Source: Camelus ferus (lineage: Eukaryota). From it: a DNA stretch of 64,000 bases. The notes under the pieces are model-generated. The model was not told the DNA's origin, ran no database searches, and worked only from the letters and a program-made list of their open reading frames with translations. The DNA is taken from the NCBI RefSeq assembly GCF_009834535.1, contig NC_045697.1, positions 65,598,001-65,662,000 of the forward strand. Reading direction: 5' to 3'. Below, piece by piece: positions 38,386-51,149 of this stretch (within the stretch, counting starts at the first letter, position 1; each line of letters opens with the position of its first letter). The position numbers and the translations under genes were made by a program.

Positions 38386-39082
38386 GAGAAGGAAACAGTA
38401 AACAAGATAGGAAAGAAAGGCAGGAAGGCAGACAGACAGCCTTTATTGAATACTCTGTAAGTTTAAAATCTTTAAGTTTAAAATATGATACTAGATCAAT
38501 AACAGATGTACCAAAACAAGCATGATGAATGATTCTGCCAACATTGACGTAAATCACTGATGTGTGATTGTGTACAGCATGTATATACTATATACAGAGG
38601 TAACTATAACCAGATTGCATAGTTTCTACCTGAATATGACAATATAATGTGGTCATTGGATTAGCTCAGGAAGGTTGATTCTGAATTCTTTTTACTTTGT
38701 CCATATTTATGCCTTGTTTTTTCCTTGTTAAAATTATTTTGTGCACTTTAGGAGAATTTACCTGTAAGTCTCTGACAATTTCCAAACCATGCTTTATTAA
38801 ATATTTCTTTAAGAATCTAAGATAACACATTAGACTTATGTTGTTTGGGACTTGGAGGAAGATAAAGGAGTTTGAGTCTGAAATTCCCCAGTAACTAGTC
38901 ATGAGGCCTAGTCATGAGCCTACAAAATTACCAGTTAAATTTCTCTAAAAGGCATATAATTTGTAACTCACCCTAATGGGGGAAAAATATTAGCTAAAAT
39001 ATGGAAAAAATAGAAAGAACTCAGAATCAGTATACTTGGGTTAATTCAGTGAATACATATATTTTAATCCCCTGAGCTTCAG

Positions 39083-39241
39083 GGTTTTTTTTTTTTATTA
39101 TTTATTACTGTATTATTTAATTATTTTATTTTTAGGGGGGAGGTAATTAGGTTTGTTCATTTTTAGAGGAGGTACTGAGGATTGAACCCAGGACCTCATG
39201 CATGCTAAGCATGCGCTCTACCATTTGAGCTATACCCTCTC
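39083..39241 (-). mobile_element. tRNA-derived SINE resembling camelid vic-1, inserted in a MIR
   Basis: Reverse complement reads gagggtatagctcaaatggtagagcgcatgcttagcatgcatgaggtcctgggttcaatcctcagtacctcc (Pol III A and B boxes) with an A-rich tail. 14-bp TSD cccctgagcttcag (39069-39082, 39242-39255). Confidence 0.9.
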
Positions 39242-40209
39242 CCCCTGAGCTTCAGTTTTTTACCTGTTAAAAAAATTAAGAGCTGTGTAGTACGAAAATA
39301 CAGAGTTTATTTTTAAATAAAGAACATGGGAGATTGCCCGGGAAAGAGTAGATACTCATTAATTACTGCTTTCCCTTTCCCTGACAATAAGACCCACAAT
39401 ATGCCTTTGTTTACTGATTATCACCTTTTATGTTAAGCTTGAGCCCACATCTGCCCAGCAGTATGTAAATATGATGGAGAGTTTCTGCTTCAAATTATAT
39501 CACTGTCAGAAATGTGTTGCATTTAATACTTTTGTGTATTTAACTCTGCGCATAAAATTTTTAGCCTACAGAAACTTATGAATTACAGTCAAGTGAAATT
39601 TGCACTTGAGTTGTGAAGCGCAAGAAGCTTTTACCAGTTTTCAGCTCAAAATATCAGTGTTCTTTTTTACCATGTTAATACATAAAGGATACACACACTT
39701 ACGTAATTCCACCAACAGAGATAGTCTTACTTACCATTTCTCCATTTGGGACTTTGGATTAAGTAATTATATGCAAATTTAGACAAATTCCTTTTCTATA
39801 TTAGAGGATCTAATTAAATTTGTCAATCTAGCTGTCAATTGCTCCACATATCATACACAAAAATATATATGACTCAAATCTCATCTTTCAACCGTGCACT
39901 CCTTAGAACTGTGCACAATATTTTGTATGTTTTTTGGTAATATACCGTTTGAAAATTAAGAGCTGTGTCTAGGGTCTTAGAATGGTATTTTGTCTGGTTC
40001 TTGCGTTTGTCCATCCTAGTGAGCACATCTTTTTAGTTAGGTATGCTGTGAGAGTCACTCAGCTGTTGCTCCGCCTTTCATTTCTTCTTTCTCAGTTAGT
40101 GGCATATCCATTTTTCTAAACTTCTTAGTCCCAAAGCCTTGAAATCATTCTCAGCTTCTCTCTTTCTCACATATCCTATGTCTGATCCTTTCACAAATCC
40201 TATTGGTTC

Positions 40210-40678
40210 TTTTTTTTTAATTTTTTTAATTGAAGTATAGTACAATCAGTTTACAATGTTGTGTCAGTTTCTGGTGTACAGCACAATACTTCAGTAATAT
40301 AAGAACATGCATATATTTGTTTTCATATTCTTTTTCACCATAAGTTACTACAAGATATTGAATATAGTTCCCTGTGCTATACAGAATAAACTTGTTGTTT
40401 ATCTATTTTGTATATATTTGTTAGTATTTGCAAATCTAGATCTCCCAGTTTATCCCTTCCCACCCCTTTCCCCCCACCAGTAACCATAAGTTTGTTTTCT
40501 ATGTCTGTGAGTCTGTTTCTGTTTTGTGAACAAGTTTGTTTGTCTTTTTTTTTTTTTTTTTTTTTTTTAGATTCCACATATAAGTGATATCATATGGTAT
40601 TTTTCTTTCTCTTTCTGGCTTACTTCACTTAGAATTACATTCTCCAGGTCCATCCATGTTGCTGCAAATGGCATTATT

Positions 40679-40680
<2 letters not shown>
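40210..40680 (-). mobile_element. Relatively young LINE-1 3' UTR, copy 1
   Basis: Poly-T then aattgaagtatagt...cagtttacaatgttgtgtca...ttagattccacatataagtgatatcatatggtattt...gctgcaaatggc. Confidence 0.9.
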
Positions 40681-40725
<45 letters not shown>

Positions 40726-40726
40726 T
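40677..40726. repeat. (ATTT)n microsatellite (tail of the second L1)
   Basis: Directly visible between the two L1 3' UTRs. Confidence 0.9.
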
Positions 40727-41250
40727 CTTTTTTTATTGAGTTATAGTCAGTTGACAATGTTGTGTCAATTTCCAGTATAGAGCACAATTTTTCAGTTTGC
40801 TGTGAGCTACCACAAGATCTTGTATGTATTTCCCTGTGCTATGCAGTATAATCTTGTTTATCTATTCTACATATGCCAATCAGTATCTACAAATTTCGAA
40901 CTCCCAGTCTGTCCCTTCCCACCCCTTTCCCCTTGGCAACCTCAAGTTTGTATTCTATGTCTATGAGTCTGTTTCTGTTCTGTATTTATATTCTTTTTTT
41001 TATTTTTAGATTCCACATATGAGCAATCTCATATGGTATTTTTCTTTCTCTTTCTGACTTAATTCACTTAGAATAACATTATCCAGGTCCATCTATGTTG
41101 CTGCAAATGGCGTTATGTTGTCGTTTCTATGGCTGAATAGTATTCCATTGTATAAATATACCACAATTTCTTTATCCAGTCATCTGTCAATAGACATTTA
41201 GGTTGTTTCCATGTCTTGGCTTTTGTAAATAGTGCTGCTATGAACATTGG
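40727..41250 (-). mobile_element. Relatively young LINE-1 3' UTR/ORF2 end, copy 2
   Basis: Second, diverged copy of the same 3' UTR, extending to ctttatccagtcatctgt...gtgctgctatgaacattgg. Confidence 0.9.
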
Positions 41251-42759
41251 ATTCTTTATTTAAGAACACATCAGCTTCTCACCACCTCCTCTGCTGTTAC
41301 TCAAGTCCACATCACCATCCTCTCTGTCCTGGATTACTGTAACAGCCCTCTACCTGGGTCTGCCTGCTTCTACTTTACTCTACCATACTCTGTTTTCAAT
41401 ATAGCAATCTAGATGCCTGTTATCCTTCTGTTCAGAACTGTAATAGCTCCCCACCATATTCCAGGCAGGAGCCTAAATCCTCACAATGGCCAGCAGAGTG
41501 GAACGTGACCTGTGACTTCTCATCACGTTATCTTTCTGATAAATGGCTCATCTGATCTCTTTGCTGTTTCTTGAACATGCCAAGTACACCCCACTTCAAA
41601 ACCTTTTCATGAGTCGTTTCCTTTTCCTAAATTATTCTTCCCCCGGAGAGCTCCCTGGCTTATTCCTTCACCATCTCTGAGTCTTGGCTCCCTGTCACCT
41701 TCTCACTGAGACCTTCCCTGTCCACCCTATTTTTAAATTCAATAGCCCTCATACTTTAGCATTTATGCTCCTTCCCTGATGGATTTTTTCACCATAGGCT
41801 GTGTGAATTTCTAATACATAATTTACCTACATAATTTATCAGCCATTACCTATTTTCCTACACTAACTGTAAGCTTCATGAGAGCAAGGATTTTTGTCCT
41901 TTTTGTTCACTGATGTATCTCAAGAACCTGGAAAAGTGTCTGAAACATAGAACATTCTCAATAAGTATTTGTTAAATAAATTAAAAATTTTGGTCAAAAA
42001 GTGTATGTCCTGAAAAATAATCAAACAAATTGACTTAGGTCAAAAGCAAATAGCCTCTATGATTTCCTTCTTATATAATAATAAATTATTTGGGCAAAAC
42101 ATTCTAAGTATACTAAATTATTCAATTTTAGAATTCAAAATACACAATTATGGGAAAGTGACATTTATAATATTTATTATTTTTCCAGCCCTTGTGTTAT
42201 TACTCAGTAATAGTTATCATACTTAAGAAACCATTACTTGGGATATTTGGTAGAGAATGTTAACTTTGTGTAAAATTGTCATTCTATTTATTTTCTTAAT
42301 CTTTCTTTAACCAGTATGTTTTGTAACTAAATGAGTATCTCCAAATTATATATATATACGGCTATAATATGTTCAATGAGAACTTTGCCAAGCAGCTTCT
42401 GTGCCTCAAGAATATTGTAGGATAATTTATCAGGTTATCTAGTTTACTTTCAAGTACCTGAGTCAATCAGATATCATTTCAGTCTAAAATCAGCCCAGCA
42501 ATAATTCCCAGATGGTTGTGTGAAACAGAACGTCTTGACCAAGAAGAATAGGACAGAGGATCCAGGAATAAATGCTGAAAGACACTGTGGTGAATGAAAG
42601 TCAGATTATGGAGACCACTGTCAGTGAGAAACCTTGAGTACATCACAGTTCTTGGATGTTTGCTTCTAGGATTAGGCCTGACTTTCATTTAGGATTTGTA
42701 GAAGAGTAACTATAAAATGTGATTTAGGAAGCTTTTAAAAACTATTTATTGACAAAATA

Positions 42760-43900
42760 GAGAATCAACGAACATTAAAACTAGAAAGGATCTAGAGAGT
42801 GTGATTACAACCTCCCATGATATGAAGAAATTTCTTATCCAAGTCTCATAAGCTCACTCATTTCACTTGTGAACAGTCCAATCATTGAAAGCCTTTCTGA
42901 CACCATGTCAAAATCTGTCTCCCTGTATCATCCATCCACAGCTTCTGGTTGCCCTCTAATCAAACATAAACCCTTCAGATAGTTAACATCACCTTTAAAT
43001 TGTTACTTGCTAAATCAAAATCTCTTTATTGTTTCTCAGATGCTATGTTTTTTTCCGAAAATTTAATTTCCTCTGAATCAACTGTTTTGTCAATGCCTTT
43101 CCAAAATTACTGCTCCCAAAGCTGAACACAGTACTTTCAGTACATTGGTCTGAGTTACACTTGTATTGCTCTACCTTTAAAGCCACACCACAAAGGTGAC
43201 ACCTGCTGGGGTTGTACATCCTCAGATGCTTGGATCACCTTTAAAAGGACTGCTTGTTCAGCCAGTTCCTCCTAAGCAAAAAGTATACAGATTTATGCCT
43301 CTAAAATTGCCCCTTAGTTTTTATCTTCTCTCCAGGTTTAGGTCATGTGCAAATTTGTGAAGTATACCTACTAAGTATTCATTAAAGCCATTAATAGAAA
43401 ATTAAATTTGAGAATAGGTTTGAATACAGACCTGTAAGAATGTGAGATTGATATAAATGCATGAAATAATATATTTTTTGGTACAAAATTTATTTTAGAA
43501 TCTATTCCATCTTATTATACAACATATACTATTCTCTTATTAACAAAAATAATTTAAAGCACAGTCAAATTTATATACGTTTATATTATATGTTACTATT
43601 TACCACAAATACTACTACTTTCTCCATGACTTTAAGTATACTAGCCCTATCACTAAGGAAATGATACTAATGTATCATGACTTGTTTTTAATGGACCTAA
43701 GATGCTCCTTATAATCACTGCTGGGAATGAAATATTCGTTCAAAAATGAACCCTTGAGTATTACTCAAAAAGTCATTTCCCTTTTGGGGAGAAAGCAAAA
43801 CACTTGTCCAATTTTCTGCAAACATCATTGTTGAAAGTCCTTCAGTTCTACCACACCCTGATTTCTCAGAGTTTGCCAGCAGCACTTTCTGGATCACATC
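42760..43900 (-). mobile_element. L3/CR1 fossil
   Basis: agaatca...aaaactagaaaggatctagag (antisense 3' tail); aaaatctgtctccctgta; cccaaagctgaacacagtact; ttcattaaagccattaatagaaaattaaat (antisense of the FNIFINDLD region). Right boundary uncertain. Confidence 0.65.
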
Positions 43901-45169
43901 TGCAAGTCATTCAATGTGTAGGGGTCTACAGATTTTGCTGATTATATGCGTCTAGCAATAAAAATTATTGAGTGTGTTTGCCTAATATATTTATAATCCC
44001 TTATTTATAATTATATAAATAGTCTAAAAGGTGAAATAAGCAACATTTGAAAAGAATTCTGTTTTTACTATATTCACTGTACAATTGTTCTCACTAAAAA
44101 TCATGTCTGAATAATTTTAAGTGAGGGCAAAGTAATTGAACATGTTTCGTTAATTTTTGACGTCTTAATTCTTTTTGATTCTTGGCCACAGAATTATGTT
44201 TACATATTCTCTGGGGTTTTTTTAAATTACTCTCTTGAAAGCTAGTGTGTTTGAATGACTCATCCTAACATCCTTTCATATTTATTAAGAACTTACAAAT
44301 AGCAACACTTTATTTTCCAAAGCTCCTGTGATTTCTAGCTTCACCAAGCAGTAATCTCTTGATTTATTAATTTACCTTTATTAGTGTTTATTTTGTTCAG
44401 TTATGTGCCATGAATTGGGCAGGTTTTTGAGAGACTGTACTTTGAAGGAATTTTGCCTTGTAGTAAGACAAGTCATGTAAACAAATGCCTGTGATGCATG
44501 CTGAAAAGTGATACTTACCATTAAAGAAAGGCACAGATTCAGTTCTCTGTGAATTGATAAAAGAAAGTATAATTCATTTTTATATTAATATTTCCAGAAT
44601 TAAATTCAGCATCACAGCTTTTCTCATTATTCGCTTGGTTCCTGAGATAAAACTGGCTAAAAGGCAAATCAGGATTTCATTCACAAATTATATTTGACTG
44701 AATTGAAATTGCAAAAATGTATCAGTAAAGTTGATGCCTTCTGTCATTATTCTATCTTGTTTCTGCGTTAGTTTCATGGTCTGTATTAGAAAAATGTCCT
44801 TATCCTTTATTGACCAACAGTGGGAAATAAGCCCATAAAAATTATCTTTTAATACTAAATATTTAGCCCCTTGTTTACCATTGGTTCATATCAGAATATA
44901 TTTATTTTCTCCTGTTATTACATGTTTCTTTTATCTCAATTTAATATTCATAACAATTATTAAATAAATATTCATATATCAGTAATTTTTAGGTAAAGTT
45001 ACTTAAAGTTTTTTCTGTCTTAAAATAGTTCTGCAACATGAAACTGTATAAATATTTTTTGTTAATTAAGAAACTTCAAGTTTATTACCTATATGCTCTC
45101 TTTAGTAAAGTTATTATCTATTAATTATTTTTAAATTATATACCTAGATTCTAGTTTCTAAATACTGCT

Positions 45170-46185
45170 CTTCAGTAAAAAAGAACCACAGCCCCTGAGA
45201 AATGACTGATTTTAAGGCTAGGGCAGTAAAAAATGAAGACCAGTCTGGAACATTTTGTTATGCCAGAAAATAAGGCAATGCTCAAAAAAACAAAAGGAGC
45301 AGGGTATGTCAAAGGGACACAGAAGCCAAACTGAAACATCTTCCAACTGTCAAAACTTGAACAATTTGAGAAACAAAATGAATAACAAAGTATTGGATTA
45401 TAACCCAAAGTATAAAATAAATATGCATCCATAATGATACAACTATGAGTGAATAAAGAAATAAATGGGGGTGAAGAAACAAACTTTTCTCGCAGGAGAA
45501 TTCTAAATAATACGTGTAGGCGCTGCTTCCTTACAGCATTAGCCTCCCCAACTCTCGACTGAGTGAGTGCTGGATTCAGTGACTGGTTTCCAAAGAAAGG
45601 AGTATACAACAGGAGAAACAGTGGAGAAATCTGACAAATACTGCCATGACCAAGTGATCAGTGAGGCTCTGTGGATATCATGTACCTCTGATTTCATGTG
45701 ATGAGAACGGCATTCCACTGCCATGGTATTTTTTCCAAAAACCCATGACCCCAGTCTAATAATGAGAAAAAAAATCTGACAAACCAAAATTGAGGTACAT
45801 GCTCTTAAGTACCTGATCAACACTCCTCAAAACTGTCAAGGTCATGAAAAACAAGGAAAGATAAAGAAACTGTCACAGTCCAGAGGAAACTAACAAGCCT
45901 TGAGGACTAAATGCAGTGTAGGACCCTGGATGGCGTCTTGGTACAGAAAAAGAAATAAAAGACGTTAGTGGAAAAACTGATAAAATCTGAACAAAATCTG
46001 TGGTTTAGTTAATAGTAACATACCAGTGATGGGTTCTTGCTTTTGACCAGCGGCACGGTAGCAATACAAGGCATTAACGTCAGGGACCCTTGGTGAGCGG
46101 CACAGGGGAGTGCTGTGCTGCTACCTTTGTGGTTTGCTTAGAAATCTCAAATTGCTCCAAAATAATCATTTTATGTAAAAAAAAA
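45170..46185 (+). mobile_element. L1MC4-like 3' UTR
   Basis: gtcaaagggacacagaagccaaactgaa; gtattggattataacccaaagtataaaataaatat; aaaactgtcaaggtcatgaaaaacaaggaaag; A-rich end at ~46177-46187. Confidence 0.8.
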
Positions 46186-46369
46186 ATCATAGATGAATTT
46201 TGAGATTTCTAGTTTAGGCATTAACTATGATTTATGACTATAGAAAAAAAGCATTTAATTTCTTTTTCATTCCTGCCTCTGCTGTACATGAACGACCTTC
46301 CCATCCACCCAAACTCCTATTATAATTCTATTGATATCAATTTATTGTGTATTTGTTTTCACAGCTGAT

Positions 46370-47520
46370 CCATATAACAAAACTGTGATTACTTTCTCTT
46401 TCTTGTACAACCTCTTGTTTCCCTGAACTTCAACAATTACCTTAATTTTTCATTTGTTTCATTTCTGTGTACTTAGCACTTATTCAAACTCAAATTTTTC
46501 TCCATTGTTTGTTTCTTTTCAAGATGTTCAAATGTGTCCAGTATTCTGTTTGTTTCTACCAATATGGTCAAATATGTCTTCACGACTTTTTTCATCATTA
46601 TTCTATTTGACCTCAGCCTGTCTTAGGTCTCTTGTTTCCTGTATTTCATATTATTTCTTGGTTTACTCCCTCGTTTTGATGAAATACAGAATCCAGGATT
46701 TTCTTAGGAAAATAGATTGGAGATCAAACATTGAGACCTGCATGTCTGAAAATGTCTTTGTCACATTTATACCTGATGTGCAGGTTGGTTGAAGAACCCT
46801 TTTCCTTCTGAATGTGTTGTCCCATGACCTCCAGTACTGCTGTTGAGAAATCTGAAACGCACCTGGCTCGATCTCTTACGTCTGGCCTCTTGTTTTGTTC
46901 TGGAAATTTGTGGTATCTCTTCGTCATCCCCTGTGTTCTGAAATTTTACTGCAGTGTATCCCTTTCCATCTTCTGTGCTGGGCACCTGGCAGACCCTTTT
47001 CATCTGCAAACTCACATTCTTCAGTTCTCAGAGTTTTCTTGAATTACTATTCTGATGGACTTCTGCTTTCATTTTCTTTGTTTTTATTTGCTTTCTAGAA
47101 TTCGTAGTATTCATATTTGGGGCTTTCTGAACTAATTCTTGTTTATTTACTTATTTATCAATCTGTGGAAGATCTCTTTTTCTTGGAGATCTTTTGTACT
47201 TCCCAAGCCCCTGTTGTTCATTTCTGCTATCATATTTTTTAACTTCCATAGTTCTTTTTTGTTCTCTGAATGTTGTGTTTTCTATGGAATCCAATATTTT
47301 GTTACTGCAATGCCTTTTAACTCTTTAAAAATATAAGGACATTTCTTTGTTGTTTTTTTGATTTGCCTTTAACATTTTTCTCTCCTTGCATATTTTGTTT
47401 CTTTCAAATAGCTCTTTCTTTTGATCATTTTAGTCACTTTCAAGTCAGGAAAACTCTTTCAGTATATGGTAATGTTTGAATAGTGGCTCATAATTAAAAA
47501 CTAAGGACAAAGAAGCTAAT
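46370..47520 (-). mobile_element. HAL1 / ancient L1 ORF1-like fragment
   Basis: Minus-strand peptides SLQMKRVCQVP...VKFQNTGDDEEI..ISR.K and SDFSTAVLE resemble the L1 ORF1p RRM/CTD (LQIERAHRVP..VKF..KEKILKA; SDFS..TLE). No ORF2 follows. Confidence 0.65.
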
Positions 47521-48615
47521 TGGATGCTGTGAGAAACAGCCGGGCATAAGAAGAGAGGGAAAGGAGCACTCCAGGCAGAAAGAGAAACAGGTGTGAAAGA
47601 CCTAAAGGAGGACTGAACTTGGTCCTTTGGAAAAACAGGGTTAAAAATGAGACATCACAGCTGGAATATGGTGGGGAAGGGAAGAGATCTAAGGGATTAA
47701 TTTTACCTTCCAGAAAGAAAGCCTTAGGCTTATTCTGGAAGCTCGGGGCTCAGGCCAGAGGGCTTCATAATTTACATGTGGAAAATGCAAGGCCTCCAAT
47801 CAGTCCAGCAGATGTCCAGCTACAGCTGTCTCCTGCAAACCCTAAGCAAACAGCAGCAGCCGCCCTCTGTCTTCAGCTCCTTGTATGAATGCTGTTTGTC
47901 TAAGTCACTTACCGCTTTGTCTTTCACTGAACCGCAGAATTTTCGGTTCATTAAATATCAACTTCTGCATTTTGCTGGTGAAGAAAGTGAGGCCCTGAGC
48001 CATAAACTTATTAGCATTTTTATCACTAAAAATTCTCTGTTGGCATTTACAATTACATCCAGAGTATAAACATGCTGTTCCTAACATCACTTAAATTTCC
48101 CAAAACCCGAGTGAAGAGGAACATGACGGCCCGACAGGGAAAAGGGATGTGTTTACCTAACTCGAGGAAATGTCATTGAGAGGCACCATGGAGGAAACCT
48201 AGTGAAATTGAAGTCTATTTGATTTTAAAAGACAGAAGGAAGACAATGAAATCCCAGAGACATTTCCCTAAAAGGCATTTAGTACACGGAGACAGTAAAT
48301 CCCACAGTGTCAGTGTGCCTTTCGTTCAAAGCATTCAAAAATTTTCTTGAGAGCTGTAGAATTATAAAAGTTAACAACATGACTATAATGATTCCCAGCA
48401 AAACACCCCGTAAGACAGCCCTTAAATTGTGAACACCCAGTGCTTTCAGGGTATGAGCGTGTATTTATGAAGAGAGTGAGAGTTAACTGACTCTTGGGGG
48501 TTTTATCTCTTCAAATGCATATTGTAGCTACCATTTCTCCAGGAAAGAAAAAATAAATAAATAAAATACCCCAATGGGAGACTAAGAAGTCTCTCTGTCA
48601 TGGTTCCTCCTTATC

Positions 48616-48642
48616 AAAAAAAAAAAAAAAAAAAAAAAAAAA
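48616..48642 (+). repeat. Poly(A) run, 27 nt
   Basis: Directly visible. Confidence 0.9.
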
Positions 48643-49189
48643 CTTTGCCAAAGAGTATTTGATATTTTCTCAAACACTCCATAGTCATTTACAGACCTTC
48701 ATGGTATTTACACCTGGTCTTGCTGGGGCAACCTTATGAGCTATAGCTCTCATTTTTCTAAAGCCACTGTCAGGAAAGTTTCCATGTAATGCTGTTTGGG
48801 AGTTGCTATACAGAGTGATGCTTGGTCTTAAAAACCAAATGACAGCGCTTCTAAATGTCAACTTAAAAAAAACAAAACTAATTGTGCATTTTCAAACACC
48901 AGTAATGCCGAATCATAAAATAACTAAAATCATACTTAACTTGGGACTCCCCATCATTCTGACTTCTCACTGCAAAAACATTATATACAGTAGGCAGGGG
49001 AGAGTTTAACAGACATATTTGAACATCCTGGGAATATCACATTTTCCTGAACTGAGCCAGTGGAATACTTCCCATTTTATTCCAGCTTGCTGTTTAGGCT
49101 CAAATGTTTCCTCCACCCTGCCCAACCTGAGTCGCTAGCTCTCGTTTAACTTTCTTTAATTTCCTCCAGTTCACTTACCACTATGAAAG

Positions 49190-49345
49190 TTAACTTATTC
49201 TTATGGTAACTTCAGATTATCTGTCTTCTCTCACCAGATGGGGGCAGGGACTTCAGGGACCTTGTCTGTCCCCTCTGTTATGTTCATTGCTGTGTTTCTA
49301 GAATAATGCACAGTGGCACTCAATAAATATATATTGAGTGAAATA
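49190..49345 (+). mobile_element. L2 3' end
   Basis: gggcagggac...cttgtctgtc...cacagtggcactcaataaatatatattgagtgaa. Confidence 0.8.
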
Positions 49346-50292
49346 TTGTACCATCTTGGATTCAGACTTTGATGACTCACCATAACTGAGCCTCAGCAAG
49401 AGAGCCTTTTCTCCTTTGTTTAAGTAATTCTTCTCTTGGAGTCTGCCGAAAGACAGAGCAAATGTGGAAGAAATTACTGGAGCTAGCAATAACTCCAACA
49501 AATAGTCACCATTCTGATGGTGTTGATAAAATATATAGGCTTAGTTGCCAGTATTTGCAATGTACCTGTATAACAGAATGAGAAAATTCACTCCTACTGT
49601 TTCTACCTTTTCCCACCAGAAATAAAAAGAAAAGAAAGGAACAGAATGGGTGGGATGGGATCATGAAATCAGTAAGATCGGGGAAGCAATGATTTCTTTG
49701 GCTTCACTTTCCCCAGAGGAAGATGCTAAAAGAAGTGTGAGGGTTGGAGGCACTGCCCACCAGGAGGAGGTTTGCCTGGCTGGAATGCTCAGAACGCGGA
49801 GGAGCTCAGGGCTTCCTAAGCCTCTATCTTATTCAAAGCAGTGGGAAAGCAGAAGGACCTTATGTTCTTCCCCAACTCTCCTGTCCCAGCCAGTCTCCTG
49901 GCATAGCTGAAATCCTCTTCCCAGCATCTGCTCCTTTCCTAGGACCAGTGGTCTTAGCCATCTTGCTTTCTGACACCACACTTGCATGGCCACAAAAACT
50001 TAGAGGTTCTCATTGCTATCACTCAGATGACAAGCCAACCTTCTGGAGGTGTTGCACACCCATTTCTGCAATTTACTTCAAGCCTTTATATTGGACATTT
50101 GCCAAAACTCAAGTGGTTTGCTCGTAATGGGTCCCTAACTTTCACTTTATTCTTTCCCCAAAGTCACTTCTGAAAACTGAAAAGAAGGAATATTATCCTA
50201 ATGAAGTGAAAACCACACTACTTTTACTACCAACATTTCCTAAAGTACACTTTGTATTTGGATGGTATATAGCTGTGATTATAAGATTTTCA

Positions 50293-50417
50293 GGGAGGAG
50301 GGTATAGCTCAGTAGTAGAGCACAGTGCTTAGCATGCACAAGGTCCTGGGTTCGATCCCCAGTATCTCCATTAAAATAAATAAATAAACCTAAGTACCTC
50401 TCCCTACCCCCCACCAA
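50293..50417 (+). mobile_element. tRNA-derived SINE resembling camelid vic-1
   Basis: gggaggagggtatagctcagtagtagagcacagtgcttagcatgcacaaggtcctgggttcgatccccagtatctcca; intact B box GTTCGATCC. TSD aagattttca/aatattttca (50283-50292, 50418-50427). Confidence 0.9.
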
Positions 50418-51149
50418 AATATTTTCAACTCTCAGGTAGTTGGGGGGGGGGGCAAAGTCTTATCTGTAGCCTTTGATGCAAGGGGAGACAAAGGAGAGAA
50501 GAAAATTAAATAAACCTAACTACTATATTGCCAAGCTTAATAAAAACAGTTTAAAAAACTGACTTTTTTTATATAATTGTTTTCTGAGATGCTAAAAGAG
50601 GCAAAAAGCCTTAGAAAGTTGGTAAACATCTGAAGTATTTTTCAGTCATCTCTCTGATTGTTATGCATTAATACATTGCCACACAAAGCCCTGAAGAAAC
50701 AAGAGGAAAAAAATATTATCCAAGTTACTGGTATAAGCTAGGTTGTCAGCATGAGTGAGTGAAAATAAAATTGCTGAAAATATTTGTTTACTCAGTTTCA
50801 GCCAGTTGACAATAAAATGGAATGTATTAATGTCTCAGTAGACAGTGCCTTCAGCTTGTGAGAATATCAAAGGGACTGGGAATAAGAGTGAGCTGGAGCG
50901 AGGGAGTGAGAGTGAGGAAGAGAGGGAGGGAGGGCGGGGAGGTAGTCCCTGGAACATGGGGAGCCTGGAAACTTGTGACAGCGTAGCATCCTCAAGTCTC
51001 AGCATCTGAACTCACATGGCTGTTGGGTGACCTTGAAACAGACATGGTTTTATTGCCAGGAGGACAAGTTATATAGAAGCTGTAACAAGAGCCAAACCAC
51101 AGAAACACAACCAATATAAGAACTATAAGCTTGCCTTTTAAATTCATCA

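Larger units (their letters stand above)
40080..41990 (+). mobile_element. L2 3' portion split by a double L1 insertion
   Basis: ccttgaaatcattctcagcttctctctttctcaca...caaatcctattggttct | cttctcaccacctcc...ctggattactgtaacagcc...ctcaataagtatttgttaaataaatt. Confidence 0.85.

Noticed and set aside
38896..38921. Short tandem duplication ctagtcatgag(gc)ctagtcatgag
   Set aside because: Ordinary micro-duplication with no further structure.
45172..45609. 145-aa hydrophobic ORF
   Set aside because: Antisense reading of an A-rich L1MC 3' UTR.
48616..48642. Orphan poly(A) as the tail of a processed pseudogene
   Set aside because: No recognisable mRNA-like sequence, poly(A) signal or TSD next to it.
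50293..50370. tRNA gene
   Set aside because: A/B boxes are present but it continues into a SINE body and A-rich tail with a TSD, and a related copy sits at 39083-39241. It is a SINE head.
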